64,000 nt of DNA from a virus: the IMG/VR virus record IMGVR_UViG_3300020182_002648, positions 64,001 through 128,000 of that record; one strand, 5' to 3'. Position 1 is the first letter of the stretch. Each line of letters opens with the position of its first letter. This document shows positions 1-8,536 of this stretch, one piece after another. The notes below the pieces were generated by a model. It searched no databases. It was not told the origin of the DNA and saw nothing but the letters and a program-made list of their open reading frames with translations. A program made the translations under genes and the position numbers.

Positions 1-188
1 TGTATTCTAATGTTAATGCTATTTTAAATTCGGATGGTTTGGTCATATTAATTTGTTGTTAGTTCTAATTTGCGAAGATCTCTTCTCAAGAAGAAAACTC
101 GATCCATATTCTTGTCTGATGGCCAGAAATGTAATGCTCTTTCTGCCTGCCATAATCGATGTCTGATTGCTGTTATTTTGTTCATACC

Positions 189-464
189 TTAATTATAGTC
201 TTTTTCTTTTGATTGCGCAACTTGTTTTTGTTCGTTATGTTTGATCATCGTCAACACTTCTCTGAACAATCCCATCATTTCCTCATGTCTCTTATCGCGC
301 GCCCTATTCCTTTCAAGTGCCACCATATCAACTTGTACTGGCTCAACTTGATTCTGCTGCGGATGCACTTGAGATGCATTTGTATTTGATCTGTTGTAGC
401 CATTATACAAGCCCCAGAGAAAAGCTGCGATCGCTAGACCGATATAGAATATATGTTTTTTCAT
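189..464 (-). CDS. hypothetical membrane protein
   Basis: ORF with N-terminal hydrophobic helix. Confidence 0.6.
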   Translation of the reverse strand: MKKHIFYIGLAIAAFLWGLYNGYNRSNTNASQVHPQQNQVEPVQVDMVALERNRARDKRHEEMMGLFREVLTMIKHNEQKQVAQSKEKDYN

Positions 465-619
465 TGATCAATCTATTTGTTGTTAGGATTGTCGAAAAGA
501 TCAGTTTTGCTGGTCAGGAGATCCCAAATGAGAACAATTGGAATTAACATTATTGGTAAGAGTAATAGTATATCGTAGTTCATAATATGATTATATGATG
601 TTTTGTCAGAATGCGCAAC

Positions 620-847
620 TTACTTTAAAATGTCTTCAATTTCAGTCATCTTACGAATGATATGATCACAAGCGATTTCGTCATATCCAGTTTTAGGTTG
701 CCCTTTGTTGGTTGTGACTGTCTCTTCTAAACATTCCAGAGCAGCTGACACTTTGAGCATCATTGCTTTCACATTGTCATATTTGTCTTCTGCCTCACAG
801 AATTTAGTGTAAAAAGGAGAAGGTTCAATTGGTGTGTCCATTGGCAT
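620..847 (-). CDS. early hypothetical protein (mini-gene cassette 1)
   Basis: ORF directly behind the conserved promoter+AACAAC leader module at 845-910. Confidence 0.75.
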   Translation of the reverse strand: MPMDTPIEPSPFYTKFCEAEDKYDNVKAMMLKVSAALECLEETVTTNKGQPKTGYDEIACDHIIRKMTEIEDILK

Positions 848-911
848 AATATAATGTTGTTAATTGTTGTTAAAATCTAATTATAAGTGAAACTAAGCTG
901 AAGCGCAACTT

Positions 912-1088
912 TTATCCGAAGTTTCTAAATTCAAACCGGTCCTGGCGCTCAGCAGTGTCTGCCGGGCAAAGTCCTAGATCCTCTGCAATCTCTTTGATGT
1001 CTAGAAATCGATCCATCATTTCCAGACCGTATGTTCCTAAATTTTCGTGAATGTGTATTTCCAATTGTTCCCAGATGTTTTCGTCCAT
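912..1088 (-). CDS. 58-aa acidic early protein (MDENIWEQLE...), not in ORF track
   Basis: ATG at end of leader module; TAA abuts the next -35. Confidence 0.7.
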   Translation of the reverse strand: MDENIWEQLEIHIHENLGTYGLEMMDRFLDIKEIAEDLGLCPADTAERQDRFEFRNFG

Positions 1089-1150
1089 AATATGTGTTGT
1101 TAATATTGTTGTTATGATCTAATTATAAGTGATACTCCGGTAAAGGGCAA

Positions 1151-1315
1151 CTAATCGCTGTCCTTTATAAAATCTGAATATTTGTAATGTTCAACACCAC
1201 TCACGAGATTTTCGTGCACAATATCAAATATTTCAGATTCAGTATAGCCTGAAAGGTCTTGTTCCAATTTAAGTTCGCGAATTAGTTGTTGTACTAATAA
1301 TTTTAAGTAATCCAT
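1151..1315 (-). CDS. 54-aa early protein (MDYLKLLV...EHYKYSDFIKDSD), paralog of 1690-1866
   Basis: manual translation; leader module; shared MDxLKL and EHYxYSDFIKD. Confidence 0.75.
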   Translation of the reverse strand: MDYLKLLVQQLIRELKLEQDLSGYTESEIFDIVHENLVSGVEHYKYSDFIKDSD

Positions 1316-1377
1316 AATATAATGTTGTTAATTGTTGTTATAATATAATTATAAGCTATTTTGAAGGTATCGGCAAC

Positions 1378-1506
1378 TTAATCTTCATCTCGTATCTCGA
1401 TATCACGATCCACGACAATTCTGTTGCCTGTTTCGTCGTCATAACACAAGCTCCAGCAGCCCTCTCCAGTTAGCTCTATCAAGTAATAATTTTTTGTATT
1501 GTCCAT
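1378..1506 (-). CDS. 42-aa acidic early protein (MDNTKNYYLIE...)
   Basis: ATG at end of leader module; stop overlaps the next -35. Confidence 0.65.
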   Translation of the reverse strand: MDNTKNYYLIELTGEGCWSLCYDDETGNRIVVDRDIEIRDED

Positions 1507-1568
1507 AATATAATGTTGTTAATTGTTGTTATAATATAATTATAAGCTATTCTGATGAAATGAGCAAC

Positions 1569-1700
1569 TTAATCTTCATCATATTTCATATCCACATCCA
1601 ATACAGCACAAATCTGCCATATCATCATCTCTTTCTCTTGATCATCATTCCCATCAGTTGATGTGATGATATCGGCAATCTCTTTCAATTTATTTTCCAT
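1569..1700 (-). CDS. 43-aa acidic early protein (MENKLKEIAD...)
   Basis: overlaps the stop of the upstream ORF and ends at the next -35. Confidence 0.6.
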   Translation of the reverse strand: MENKLKEIADIITSTDGNDDQEKEMMIWQICAVLDVDMKYDED

Positions 1701-1866
1701 CTGAATTGTCGTCCTTTATGAAATCTGAATAGCTGTAATGCTCTATCATACTCTCAACATTTTCCATAACACATTCAAATACATCTTCATCAGACATATC
1801 TGAACAGTTGAACTGTTCTTTTTGGAACTCAATAGCTCCCTTAATAAATAATTTTAAATGATCCAT
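1690..1866 (-). CDS. 58-aa early protein (MDHLKLFI...EHYSYSDFIKDD), paralog of 1151-1315
   Basis: manual translation; leader module. Confidence 0.75.
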   Translation of the reverse strand: MDHLKLFIKGAIEFQKEQFNCSDMSDEDVFECVMENVESMIEHYSYSDFIKDDNSDGK

Positions 1867-2216
1867 AATATAATGTTGTTAATTGTTGTTATAATATAAT
1901 TATAAGCTCTTTATTATGATCAGGCAACTATTATCCAGGCTTGTTATATATATCTCGGAACAGTCCTCCCCATATCCGTCATATCATGCTGAAAATAAGA
2001 CTATCCTTATACAGTTACTTTTGAGGCTGTAATAGGAATAGCTATTCCATTTGCGTTTCATTATTGTTCATACCTAATTATAAGATATTCTCACAAAATG
2101 AGCAACTTTCTAGATAGGAGGAAGTTTCTACCTATTCAGAAAACAGGAGGAATCTGTAAACCCTTAATATTCAACAACCAAATCCGTTTTCTTCCTAGAT
2201 GTTGCAATTTTCCTAT

Positions 2217-2729
2217 TCATATCATATCCTTCCAATTGGTCACATCAACAAAAGGCGCGATAATATCAGCCTCCAATATGCTAATCTTCTGATACACACC
2301 ATTCTCCAGGTGCCCGGCCCCGCAAACCAACGTAGAACACCCGATTCCATTGTTACAATTAGTCACATCAACAAAAGGCGCGATAATATCAGCCTCCAAT
2401 ATGCTAATCTTCTGATACACACCATTCTCCAGGTGCCCGGCCCCGCAAACCAACGTAGAACACCCGATTCCATTGTTAACCAGCTCGTCATCGTGCATGT
2501 CTATCATGTGCATGATCACTCTGTTGTGGTCCTTAGTAGGTATGCTCGTGGTGCACAGGCGGTCTCTGAGACACAGATACAATGGAAAGCCAACGTATTC
2601 CCCTACTGCTAGGTTCTTGGCATCCCAACTCCAGCTATCACCAGGGGTACCCGGACTAGCGCCTTCTGTATCTTTGTAGTGGTGCAATGGGTCTATGTGT
2701 GGATCGTCGGTGTTATCATCGTCTATCAT
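2217..2729 (-). CDS. hypothetical protein with in-frame 41-aa duplication
   Basis: ORF track; promoter at 2733-2762. Confidence 0.6.
   Translation of the reverse strand: MIDDDNTDDPHIDPLHHYKDTEGASPGTPGDSWSWDAKNLAVGEYVGFPLYLCLRDRLCTTSIPTKDHNRVIMHMIDMHDDELVNNGIGCSTLVCGAGHLENGVYQKISILEADIIAPFVDVTNCNNGIGCSTLVCGAGHLENGVYQKISILEADIIAPFVDVTNWKDMI
2233..2478. repeat. 123-bp tandem duplication, 1 mismatch
   Basis: 2233-2355 matches 2356-2478. Confidence 0.9.
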
Positions 2730-2996
2730 ATAATTATATAGGAGATCTCTAGAGAGGGCAACAAATTCGCGACAAATTCTGTTCAGGTCAGTTACCGTCC
2801 CCGTTATACTATCAGAGCCCTGTATACCCCGTATATCCTTTGTTCCAATTGTCTCCCAATACCTATCTATACCTTCTTACCTGGAACCCTTTCACTTTTG
2901 TTTAAAATACATATGTTTTTGTTCAAATACTATATGTTTTCGTTCGATCGTTCTACGCTATGATAACCTTTGTATAGTATACCCCTATATATAATT

Positions 2997-3105
2997 AACC
3001 GTTTATTATTTCGACTCGGGTCTGTGTCGCTTGTTACTTGTTGTATGATGTGTACGTATAGTCTACACAAGATATATTTGAACCGCTTATTATTTCGAGT
3101 CGGGT
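2997..3105. repeat. 25-bp direct repeat AACCGYTTATTATTTCGASTCGGGT in non-coding DNA
   Basis: copies at 2997-3021 and 3081-3105, 2 mismatches. Confidence 0.8.
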
Positions 3106-3684
3106 TTAACCAAATGGGTAACCTTGTTCAAGTAATTCTTGGTATTGTTCATCAGAGTAATAGTCCCAATCCCATCGTGTGCATATCTCTCTCATCACTT
3201 CTAAAAAGTAAAACACGTTTGGATGATTGCCGTCAGGATTGCCCATGCTTTTCACCAGGCCTGGATGTTTGTTTATTATGTCAGTTGCTCTGATGTCTGT
3301 ATTGTTCTTGTGTTCACGGGTCAACATGCCTTCAAATGTATCCGCACGTTCATCATCTTTGAGCCTGAAGCTGGTGATACTCAATTGTCGTTGTGTTGCA
3401 TTTTGTTGGTTGGTCTCACGCAACCCGGCTTGTGTGAATTGTTTATCACCGGCACGTTTCGGGGTCATCGCTTGATACAACACGAAATCGCTATCGATCA
3501 ACCGTCGCTTCTGTTCATGCGTGTCTGAGATCACATGATCAACTTGATCACCAAACTGCGGGCTCCTGGGCCATTCATGGACTTGGAAAACATTACAGAA
3601 CTTCGCATCTGCTTCGGGTTTCAATATTCTGATATACTTGCACAGAGCCATAATCTGACAGTTTCCGAGTGTTGTTATTACCAT
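3106..3684 (-). CDS. WcbI-like polysaccharide biosynthesis protein
   Basis: N-terminal GNCQ and C-terminal NHP motifs; TAAGTA late promoter upstream. Confidence 0.5.
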   Translation of the reverse strand: MVITTLGNCQIMALCKYIRILKPEADAKFCNVFQVHEWPRSPQFGDQVDHVISDTHEQKRRLIDSDFVLYQAMTPKRAGDKQFTQAGLRETNQQNATQRQLSITSFRLKDDERADTFEGMLTREHKNNTDIRATDIINKHPGLVKSMGNPDGNHPNVFYFLEVMREICTRWDWDYYSDEQYQELLEQGYPFG

Positions 3685-3704
3685 ACGATATTACTTATCG
3701 TTCT

Positions 3705-4124
3705 CTACTTGCCGTTCTCTATTTGCTGTATGATCTTTCTCAACCCACTGCTGCTATAACGATGGCTTCTACTATTGTAAGCTATTTCTATATTATGTTG
3801 GGCGCAGAGTTCTTTGCCGCTGAAGTCTACATCTCTATAATCATCTCCAATCACTCGAACATCAGGCTTGTATGTTAATAAGATGTCAAATAGATCGCTT
3901 TCTAAATTATAAGGTACAATCTCGTCTACATACTTACATCCAGCTAATTGGATATAACGTTCCACGATTGATTGTACAGGCGCATTTTTCTCTGGTCTTT
4001 CCACTTGAGGATCCACATGCAAGCCGCATATCAACCAATCGCAACATTGTTTAGCATCTTTGAGCATTGCAACGTGACCTGCATGTAACAGATCAAATGT
4101 GCTGAATGTGACAGCTGTTTTCAA
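3705..4124 (-). CDS. glycerol-3-phosphate cytidylyltransferase (TagD-like)
   Basis: FDLLHAGH (HxGH) motif, VDEI, RxxxxSSSxLR. Confidence 0.85.
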   Translation of the reverse strand: MKTAVTFSTFDLLHAGHVAMLKDAKQCCDWLICGLHVDPQVERPEKNAPVQSIVERYIQLAGCKYVDEIVPYNLESDLFDILLTYKPDVRVIGDDYRDVDFSGKELCAQHNIEIAYNSRSHRYSSSGLRKIIQQIENGK

Positions 4125-4427
4125 TCAGAAAGGACTGCCTAAATCACCGGCAAAGTATTTGTGTCTGTCATCCTCGCCCATGTCAACAAGTGCTTCAAGC
4201 ACATGAATGTGAGCGTTCAGTTGTTTGTCTGAAAAGCCTTCATATTTGATAGCAATATCGTCCAGGTCTCTTTGCTGGTCCATCATGTTACCAATCTTGA
4301 TGTCACGATCGTCAAGTTCGTCATCAAAGTCATGTTCTGGTGGATTGTGTTCATCACCTGTCATACGTGCCATGCTGCTGTCTTCGTAACTTTCCCAGAT
4401 CAATTGATATTCGTTCTTCTTTGCCAT
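4125..4427 (-). CDS. late acidic protein, possible capsid-internal protein
   Basis: TAAGTA-N5-ATG; N-terminus QLIWESY shared with 10141-10554. Confidence 0.55.
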   Translation of the reverse strand: MAKKNEYQLIWESYEDSSMARMTGDEHNPPEHDFDDELDDRDIKIGNMMDQQRDLDDIAIKYEGFSDKQLNAHIHVLEALVDMGEDDRHKYFAGDLGSPF

Positions 4428-4458
4428 ACCTTTACTTATTCAGACAGTATGTATTTCT

Positions 4459-4665
4459 CTATGCCCAACTTGATGTATCAACTCGTAAATGTTCAGCAAG
4501 GTCTTTGATTTGACTCTCTCGGTTGAAGTATTCGTAACATCTGGTCATCAATCTAGATAGATCACTTGGCATGAGTCTCATGTTTCTGATGTCATCGTAC
4601 ATTTCGAACACGCTAGCGTTCCAGTTCCAGTCTTCTAATAATTTGTTAATCTTTGTATCGCTCAT
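4459..4665 (-). CDS. hypothetical protein
   Basis: ORF with AAC-rich leader. Confidence 0.6.
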   Translation of the reverse strand: MSDTKINKLLEDWNWNASVFEMYDDIRNMRLMPSDLSRLMTRCYEYFNRESQIKDLAEHLRVDTSSWA

Positions 4666-4680
4666 AATTGTGTTTGTTTG

Positions 4681-4950
4681 TTAGTTTACTTGAAAAGGGC
4701 TCTTGTTATATATCTCTTTGAATTTCAGCTTTTTAATGTCTGTTCTGTGATCTTGTAACACTTTGTCAAATTCAACTTGTGCTTGTTCTAAATCACGTAA
4801 TGCTTCTTTCACCACCCATCTCACATCATCAAGAGGAGTTTCAGGAGTGTGTTTGTCCAGAAAAGCCAATCGACCTGTAGCGCTACTGATCGCTTTGAGC
4901 ACGTTGATGCTAGGGTAATTGCTAGGTTTGTCGTTATCTTTGTCGTTCAT
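4681..4950 (-). CDS. hypothetical protein, leaderless
   Basis: TTGCGC-N17-TATAAT-N6-ATG. Confidence 0.7.
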   Translation of the reverse strand: MNDKDNDKPSNYPSINVLKAISSATGRLAFLDKHTPETPLDDVRWVVKEALRDLEQAQVEFDKVLQDHRTDIKKLKFKEIYNKSPFQVN

Positions 4951-4998
4951 AATATAATTATAGTGTGTATTGTCAGAATGCGCAACTTGAGTTGAGCG

Positions 4999-5268
4999 TC
5001 AATCCCATTTGTATCCAATGTCCAAGGTTCTGCCGAAATGACTCAGTGAGCTCAATGCATGTTTGACATGAAATTTCAAGTCCATGTCTCGAGAGTCCAG
5101 TGCAAACTCTTGCAGGTCTCGCAAGTAAGCGTAACTGTTGTAGTATGCTTCACGCACCTTGCCGCTTGTGAGTTGTTCTTGTGCTCGTTGAGCTGTTGCT
5201 GCCTCAACATCCTCCGCAGTCAAGTCATCATCTAAAACTGTTCCATCATTATCTGTATTGTTTGTCAT
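4999..5268 (-). CDS. hypothetical protein
   Basis: ORF track. Confidence 0.6.
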   Translation of the reverse strand: MTNNTDNDGTVLDDDLTAEDVEAATAQRAQEQLTSGKVREAYYNSYAYLRDLQEFALDSRDMDLKFHVKHALSSLSHFGRTLDIGYKWD

Positions 5269-5277
5269 AATTGTATC

Positions 5278-5430
5278 CTATTTTTTCATTTTCTTCTCTG
5301 CGAGAGTCTTTGCCTTTTCTAGTCCAAATTGACCAACCATTCGTTTGAATGCTTCCCAATTCAATCTAGGTTGAGGCAAACTCTTCCAGGTTTTCATTCT
5401 CAATTCGGCTTTGTCTTTTGCGTTATCCAT
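5278..5430 (-). CDS. 50-aa basic protein, leaderless (MDNAKDKAEL...)
   Basis: TTGCCG-N17-TATAAT-N6-ATG. Confidence 0.65.
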   Translation of the reverse strand: MDNAKDKAELRMKTWKSLPQPRLNWEAFKRMVGQFGLEKAKTLAEKKMKK

Positions 5431-5467
5431 AAGTTAATTATAACATATATTCATCAGATCGGCAACT

Positions 5468-5502
5468 AAAAAGCCCGCCTGCTAACAACAACAGACGGGC
5501 TT
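5468..5502 (-). terminator. intrinsic terminator with UUGUUGUUAG loop (candidate antisense sRNA)
   Basis: AAGCCCGUCUG/CAGGCGGGCUU stem followed by a U-run on the minus strand. Confidence 0.8.
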
Positions 5503-5525
5503 GGATCATATTATGGATACGAAAT

Positions 5526-5819
5526 TTATGCGTGAGTCAATGAATTACTATCAATTCCTAAAATCCTATCATCAGCGAATTGGACATAGTATCTAGTGAA
5601 CATACGTGCGTTGACACCTCGTCCTCTAATTGTACCATCAGCTGCACAACTGACTGCGCGTACTTTGGCCACCCATCCTGTTCTCAAATGAACTGGTCCG
5701 CTAGCCCAATGAGCTGGATCAGTCACTTTGACCATTGCTCCTGGTTTGAACTTGCACCTCTTGTTGGTCCAATTTGTTTTGATGTTTGCCTTGATGTCTC
5801 TTAAGTTTGTTACTTTCAT
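5526..5819 (-). CDS. small basic SH3/KOW-like beta-barrel protein (start revised to MKVTN)
   Basis: KFKPGAMVKV...YYVQFAD...IDSNSL pattern; promoter at 5853-5883 lies inside the longer ORF call. Confidence 0.55.
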   Translation of the reverse strand: MKVTNLRDIKANIKTNWTNKRCKFKPGAMVKVTDPAHWASGPVHLRTGWVAKVRAVSCAADGTIRGRGVNARMFTRYYVQFADDRILGIDSNSLTHA

Positions 5820-5883
5820 AAATGTTTGTTTGTTAATTGATGTTATGTTTTGATTATAAGTTATTTGATAATGAACGGCAACT

Positions 5884-6729
5884 TTAGAACCATTTACCTT
5901 TCTTGTTTTTCTTCTTGAAGGGGTTTCCAATATCTTTGACTGGATTCACAATAACTTCTTTGATTGGATTCACAATAACTTCTTTGACTGGTTCCACTAT
6001 TTTATCTTGAACAGGTGCAACAATGTTGTCATTGACAAGATCCTTGGTCACGTCAATTGCTTCTTCAACTGGCTCAACAGTAGCATCGTAAACTGGATCA
6101 ACGTCAACTGTGACAGTACCTTCAGTCTTCACTCCTACAATCAAAGCGAGATTCACTGAACCTCCAATAGTGATCGGTTTACTATCATCATTCCACTCCG
6201 GTACTTGATAACCTCCTCCAATTGTACCACCAGCTTGAGCACCTACACTAACGCTTGTGTTGTTAGTCACTGCGACTCCTAAACTTTTGTTAGTATAATA
6301 CGTCCTGGTACCTGCTCCTGCTTTAGCTCCAGCAATTGCTCCACCCTCAAACCAACAACCATCCATGCCTACATTAGCTTGTGCTCCTGCCCATGCATAC
6401 AGTTCGGCATAAGCATATATTTCAGCACCAGCAGCATGATCACCATTCTCGTATTCTAATTTAGCGGCCACTTCTGCGCGTAATTTGGCTTCTGCGACTG
6501 CCTCAATATATAAATTGTCTTCTCTGTATTCAACACCATATTTGGCTGATGCACTAGCTTCTGCATTTAACAATGCTTGACCAGTCAGCACCCCACCGTC
6601 AGGATCAGTCCATTGACCTTGAGCGTTGACATATATACCAGCGCCTGCTCTGTACTCCCCGTTAAGGCTTGTGTCTGTATTGTCAGCATTGGCTCCCGCT
6701 GACGCGTCTGTATTTACATTTGTACTCAT
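5884..6729 (-). CDS. late Ala/Gly-rich beta protein with C-terminal PVKEVIVN repeats
   Basis: 281-aa ORF; TAAGTA-N5-ATG. Confidence 0.7.
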   Translation of the reverse strand: MSTNVNTDASAGANADNTDTSLNGEYRAGAGIYVNAQGQWTDPDGGVLTGQALLNAEASASAKYGVEYREDNLYIEAVAEAKLRAEVAAKLEYENGDHAAGAEIYAYAELYAWAGAQANVGMDGCWFEGGAIAGAKAGAGTRTYYTNKSLGVAVTNNTSVSVGAQAGGTIGGGYQVPEWNDDSKPITIGGSVNLALIVGVKTEGTVTVDVDPVYDATVEPVEEAIDVTKDLVNDNIVAPVQDKIVEPVKEVIVNPIKEVIVNPVKDIGNPFKKKNKKGKWF

Positions 6730-6985
6730 GTTATTACTTATTGAGTATATTTGTTAATCAATCTTATGATAGTATATACAATCAATCCATATACTGTGGC
6801 TCCAAGAAGCTCTGGTAAGTATGTATATATATGTTCTACGAACTGTATGACTGCTTGAGCGTCACTCTCTGTAATTGTTGGTTGGTTGTTCATATAGTTA
6901 TGTTCGACTTTGATACCATTCCCATAATATGATCAATACCAAGAATGTACACATACCATATGCAAACACTTCAATCATCATGTGA

Positions 6986-7267
6986 TCAACTGTCGTGTAG
7001 AAATTGTTGTGCAGCCAACTGCGCGATGTCAACACCTGGTACATTGACACTAGGTGTGTCTCTGGTGATGATTTTGTACATTTCTCTAACCTCTCTGATT
7101 CTCCTGAGGTTTCTCGCGACTGTGCTTTGTTCTGTTACATTCCGTGGCCGGTTTGGCTTGTGTGAATTGTTGTTCATCTCATCCAGGAACAAAAATGCTC
7201 CTTCGAGTTGTGCTAATTTCAAACTCATTTCTGCTACAATGTTAGGTGTGTTGTTATTATCGCTCAT
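6986..7267 (-). CDS. hypothetical protein, leaderless
   Basis: TTGCAC-N17-TATAAT-N6-ATG. Confidence 0.7.
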   Translation of the reverse strand: MSDNNNTPNIVAEMSLKLAQLEGAFLFLDEMNNNSHKPNRPRNVTEQSTVARNLRRIREVREMYKIITRDTPSVNVPGVDIAQLAAQQFLHDS

Positions 7268-7565
7268 GATATAATTATAGTATATATTCTCAGCATGTGC
7301 AACTATTTCTTAATTATATGAATATCAACTAGTTAGAGGAAACCCACATGTGACTTTTCTCTAAGTAATTAAATGTCAACAGGTTACACAAAAAACCAGC
7401 TGGTTTATTTTCTAAATATATACCTATCAACATGATAGAAGATGTTAGCTCCAACAAATTGAAAGGCTATCACACTGGCCCACATGGACCATTGTAACAC
7501 TTCCGTGAACAGATACATGCATGGGTAACAGACTATAAATCCTGCCTGCCATCTCAGATTGTATT

Positions 7566-8066
7566 TTAAATATCTTTTGAGCATCGTGTTCGCTTTCTAC
7601 TAACTTTGTTGTGTCGTTGTTGTTTTGTTTTGATCACTCCTGGCAATGTCAATCGTCTACCATACAGAGCATGATATTGATTGGGTCGATACTTGATAAG
7701 CCAATCATTGAACCTCAATTGCTCACGTGTGGTAGATGGTTCTTCAGAATACTCCACACTCAACTGATGATACATGCTCACTTTATGATCTTTATCACTG
7801 AACATTCGCTTCCATGTTCTCAATTTGTAATCCTCATCACCAGCCACTCCTCGAAGGTTCACGCTGACATGGTACGATCTCTGAGTCTCTTCAATCAAGA
7901 AATCCATCTCGTCGTCAGTCAGTCCTTGCATGTGCTTCACCTTCATCATGTATATGAAACTTTCTTGCCTGTTATGAGGCCATGGCTTGTCCTTGACGAA
8001 CACAGTGTGCTTCATGGTGCGAGGGTTGTATTGACAACCATCACTCAATTGTATTGTCTGGCTCAA
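7566..8066 (-). CDS. hypothetical protein
   Basis: ORF track; coupled to upstream 53-aa ORF 8063-8224. Confidence 0.55.
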   Translation of the reverse strand: MSQTIQLSDGCQYNPRTMKHTVFVKDKPWPHNRQESFIYMMKVKHMQGLTDDEMDFLIEETQRSYHVSVNLRGVAGDEDYKLRTWKRMFSDKDHKVSMYHQLSVEYSEEPSTTREQLRFNDWLIKYRPNQYHALYGRRLTLPGVIKTKQQRHNKVSRKRTRCSKDI

Positions 8067-8536
8067 TTGCTTGTGGTCTGTGATCCGCCCATCAGTTCTG
8101 CAATCTTGCCAACTAGATGTAGATCATCAGCGGTTATAGTGAATGAGTTGGTGAACCAATCACTGATTTTCACCTCTTTGATCATTGTAAGGTATGCATC
8201 GTAAGCTTCGTATTCGTCTATCATAATATTGTGTTTGTTGTTATTTGTTAAACTTTAATTATAACGTAAGAAATTATAAAGCGCAACAGTAAATATTTGT
8301 ATGATACATCATGTAACAATTGAGCAAATAATGTCCTTAATCGTCGTCGCTACTGTTCTGGTCACTTTTTTTTAAAAACCAATCTGACACTAGATCTGGA
8401 CTGAACACTTCTTGAGCTGTTTCCGGGTGAAAACCAACCGCAACTAACAGTCCCCTGAAGTGTTCGGCTGCTGCTGTCACATCACCTTCTGTAAATTCTA
8501 CGCTAGCGGTAGTTTGTGTTGTTTCTATCGTTATTT

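Larger units (their letters stand above)
845..1929 (-). repeat. tandem array of 5 promoter+leader modules, each heading a small ORF
   Basis: 47-bp identical block tccataatataatgttgttaattgttgttataatataattataagct at 1311, 1502 and 1862; variants at 845 and 1086; each followed on + by gcaact (-35 TTGC on minus). Confidence 0.9.

Noticed and set aside
845-1929. CRISPR array
   Set aside because: The repeats are promoter/leader sequences. The intervening segments are 140-310 bp, variable in length and protein-coding, and no cas genes are present.
1930-2071. Stop-codon recoding suggested by broken frames behind the promoter at 2077-2107
   Set aside because: All long conserved genes read through in the standard code and use TAA, TAG and TGA as stops. 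This is more likely a decayed cassette.
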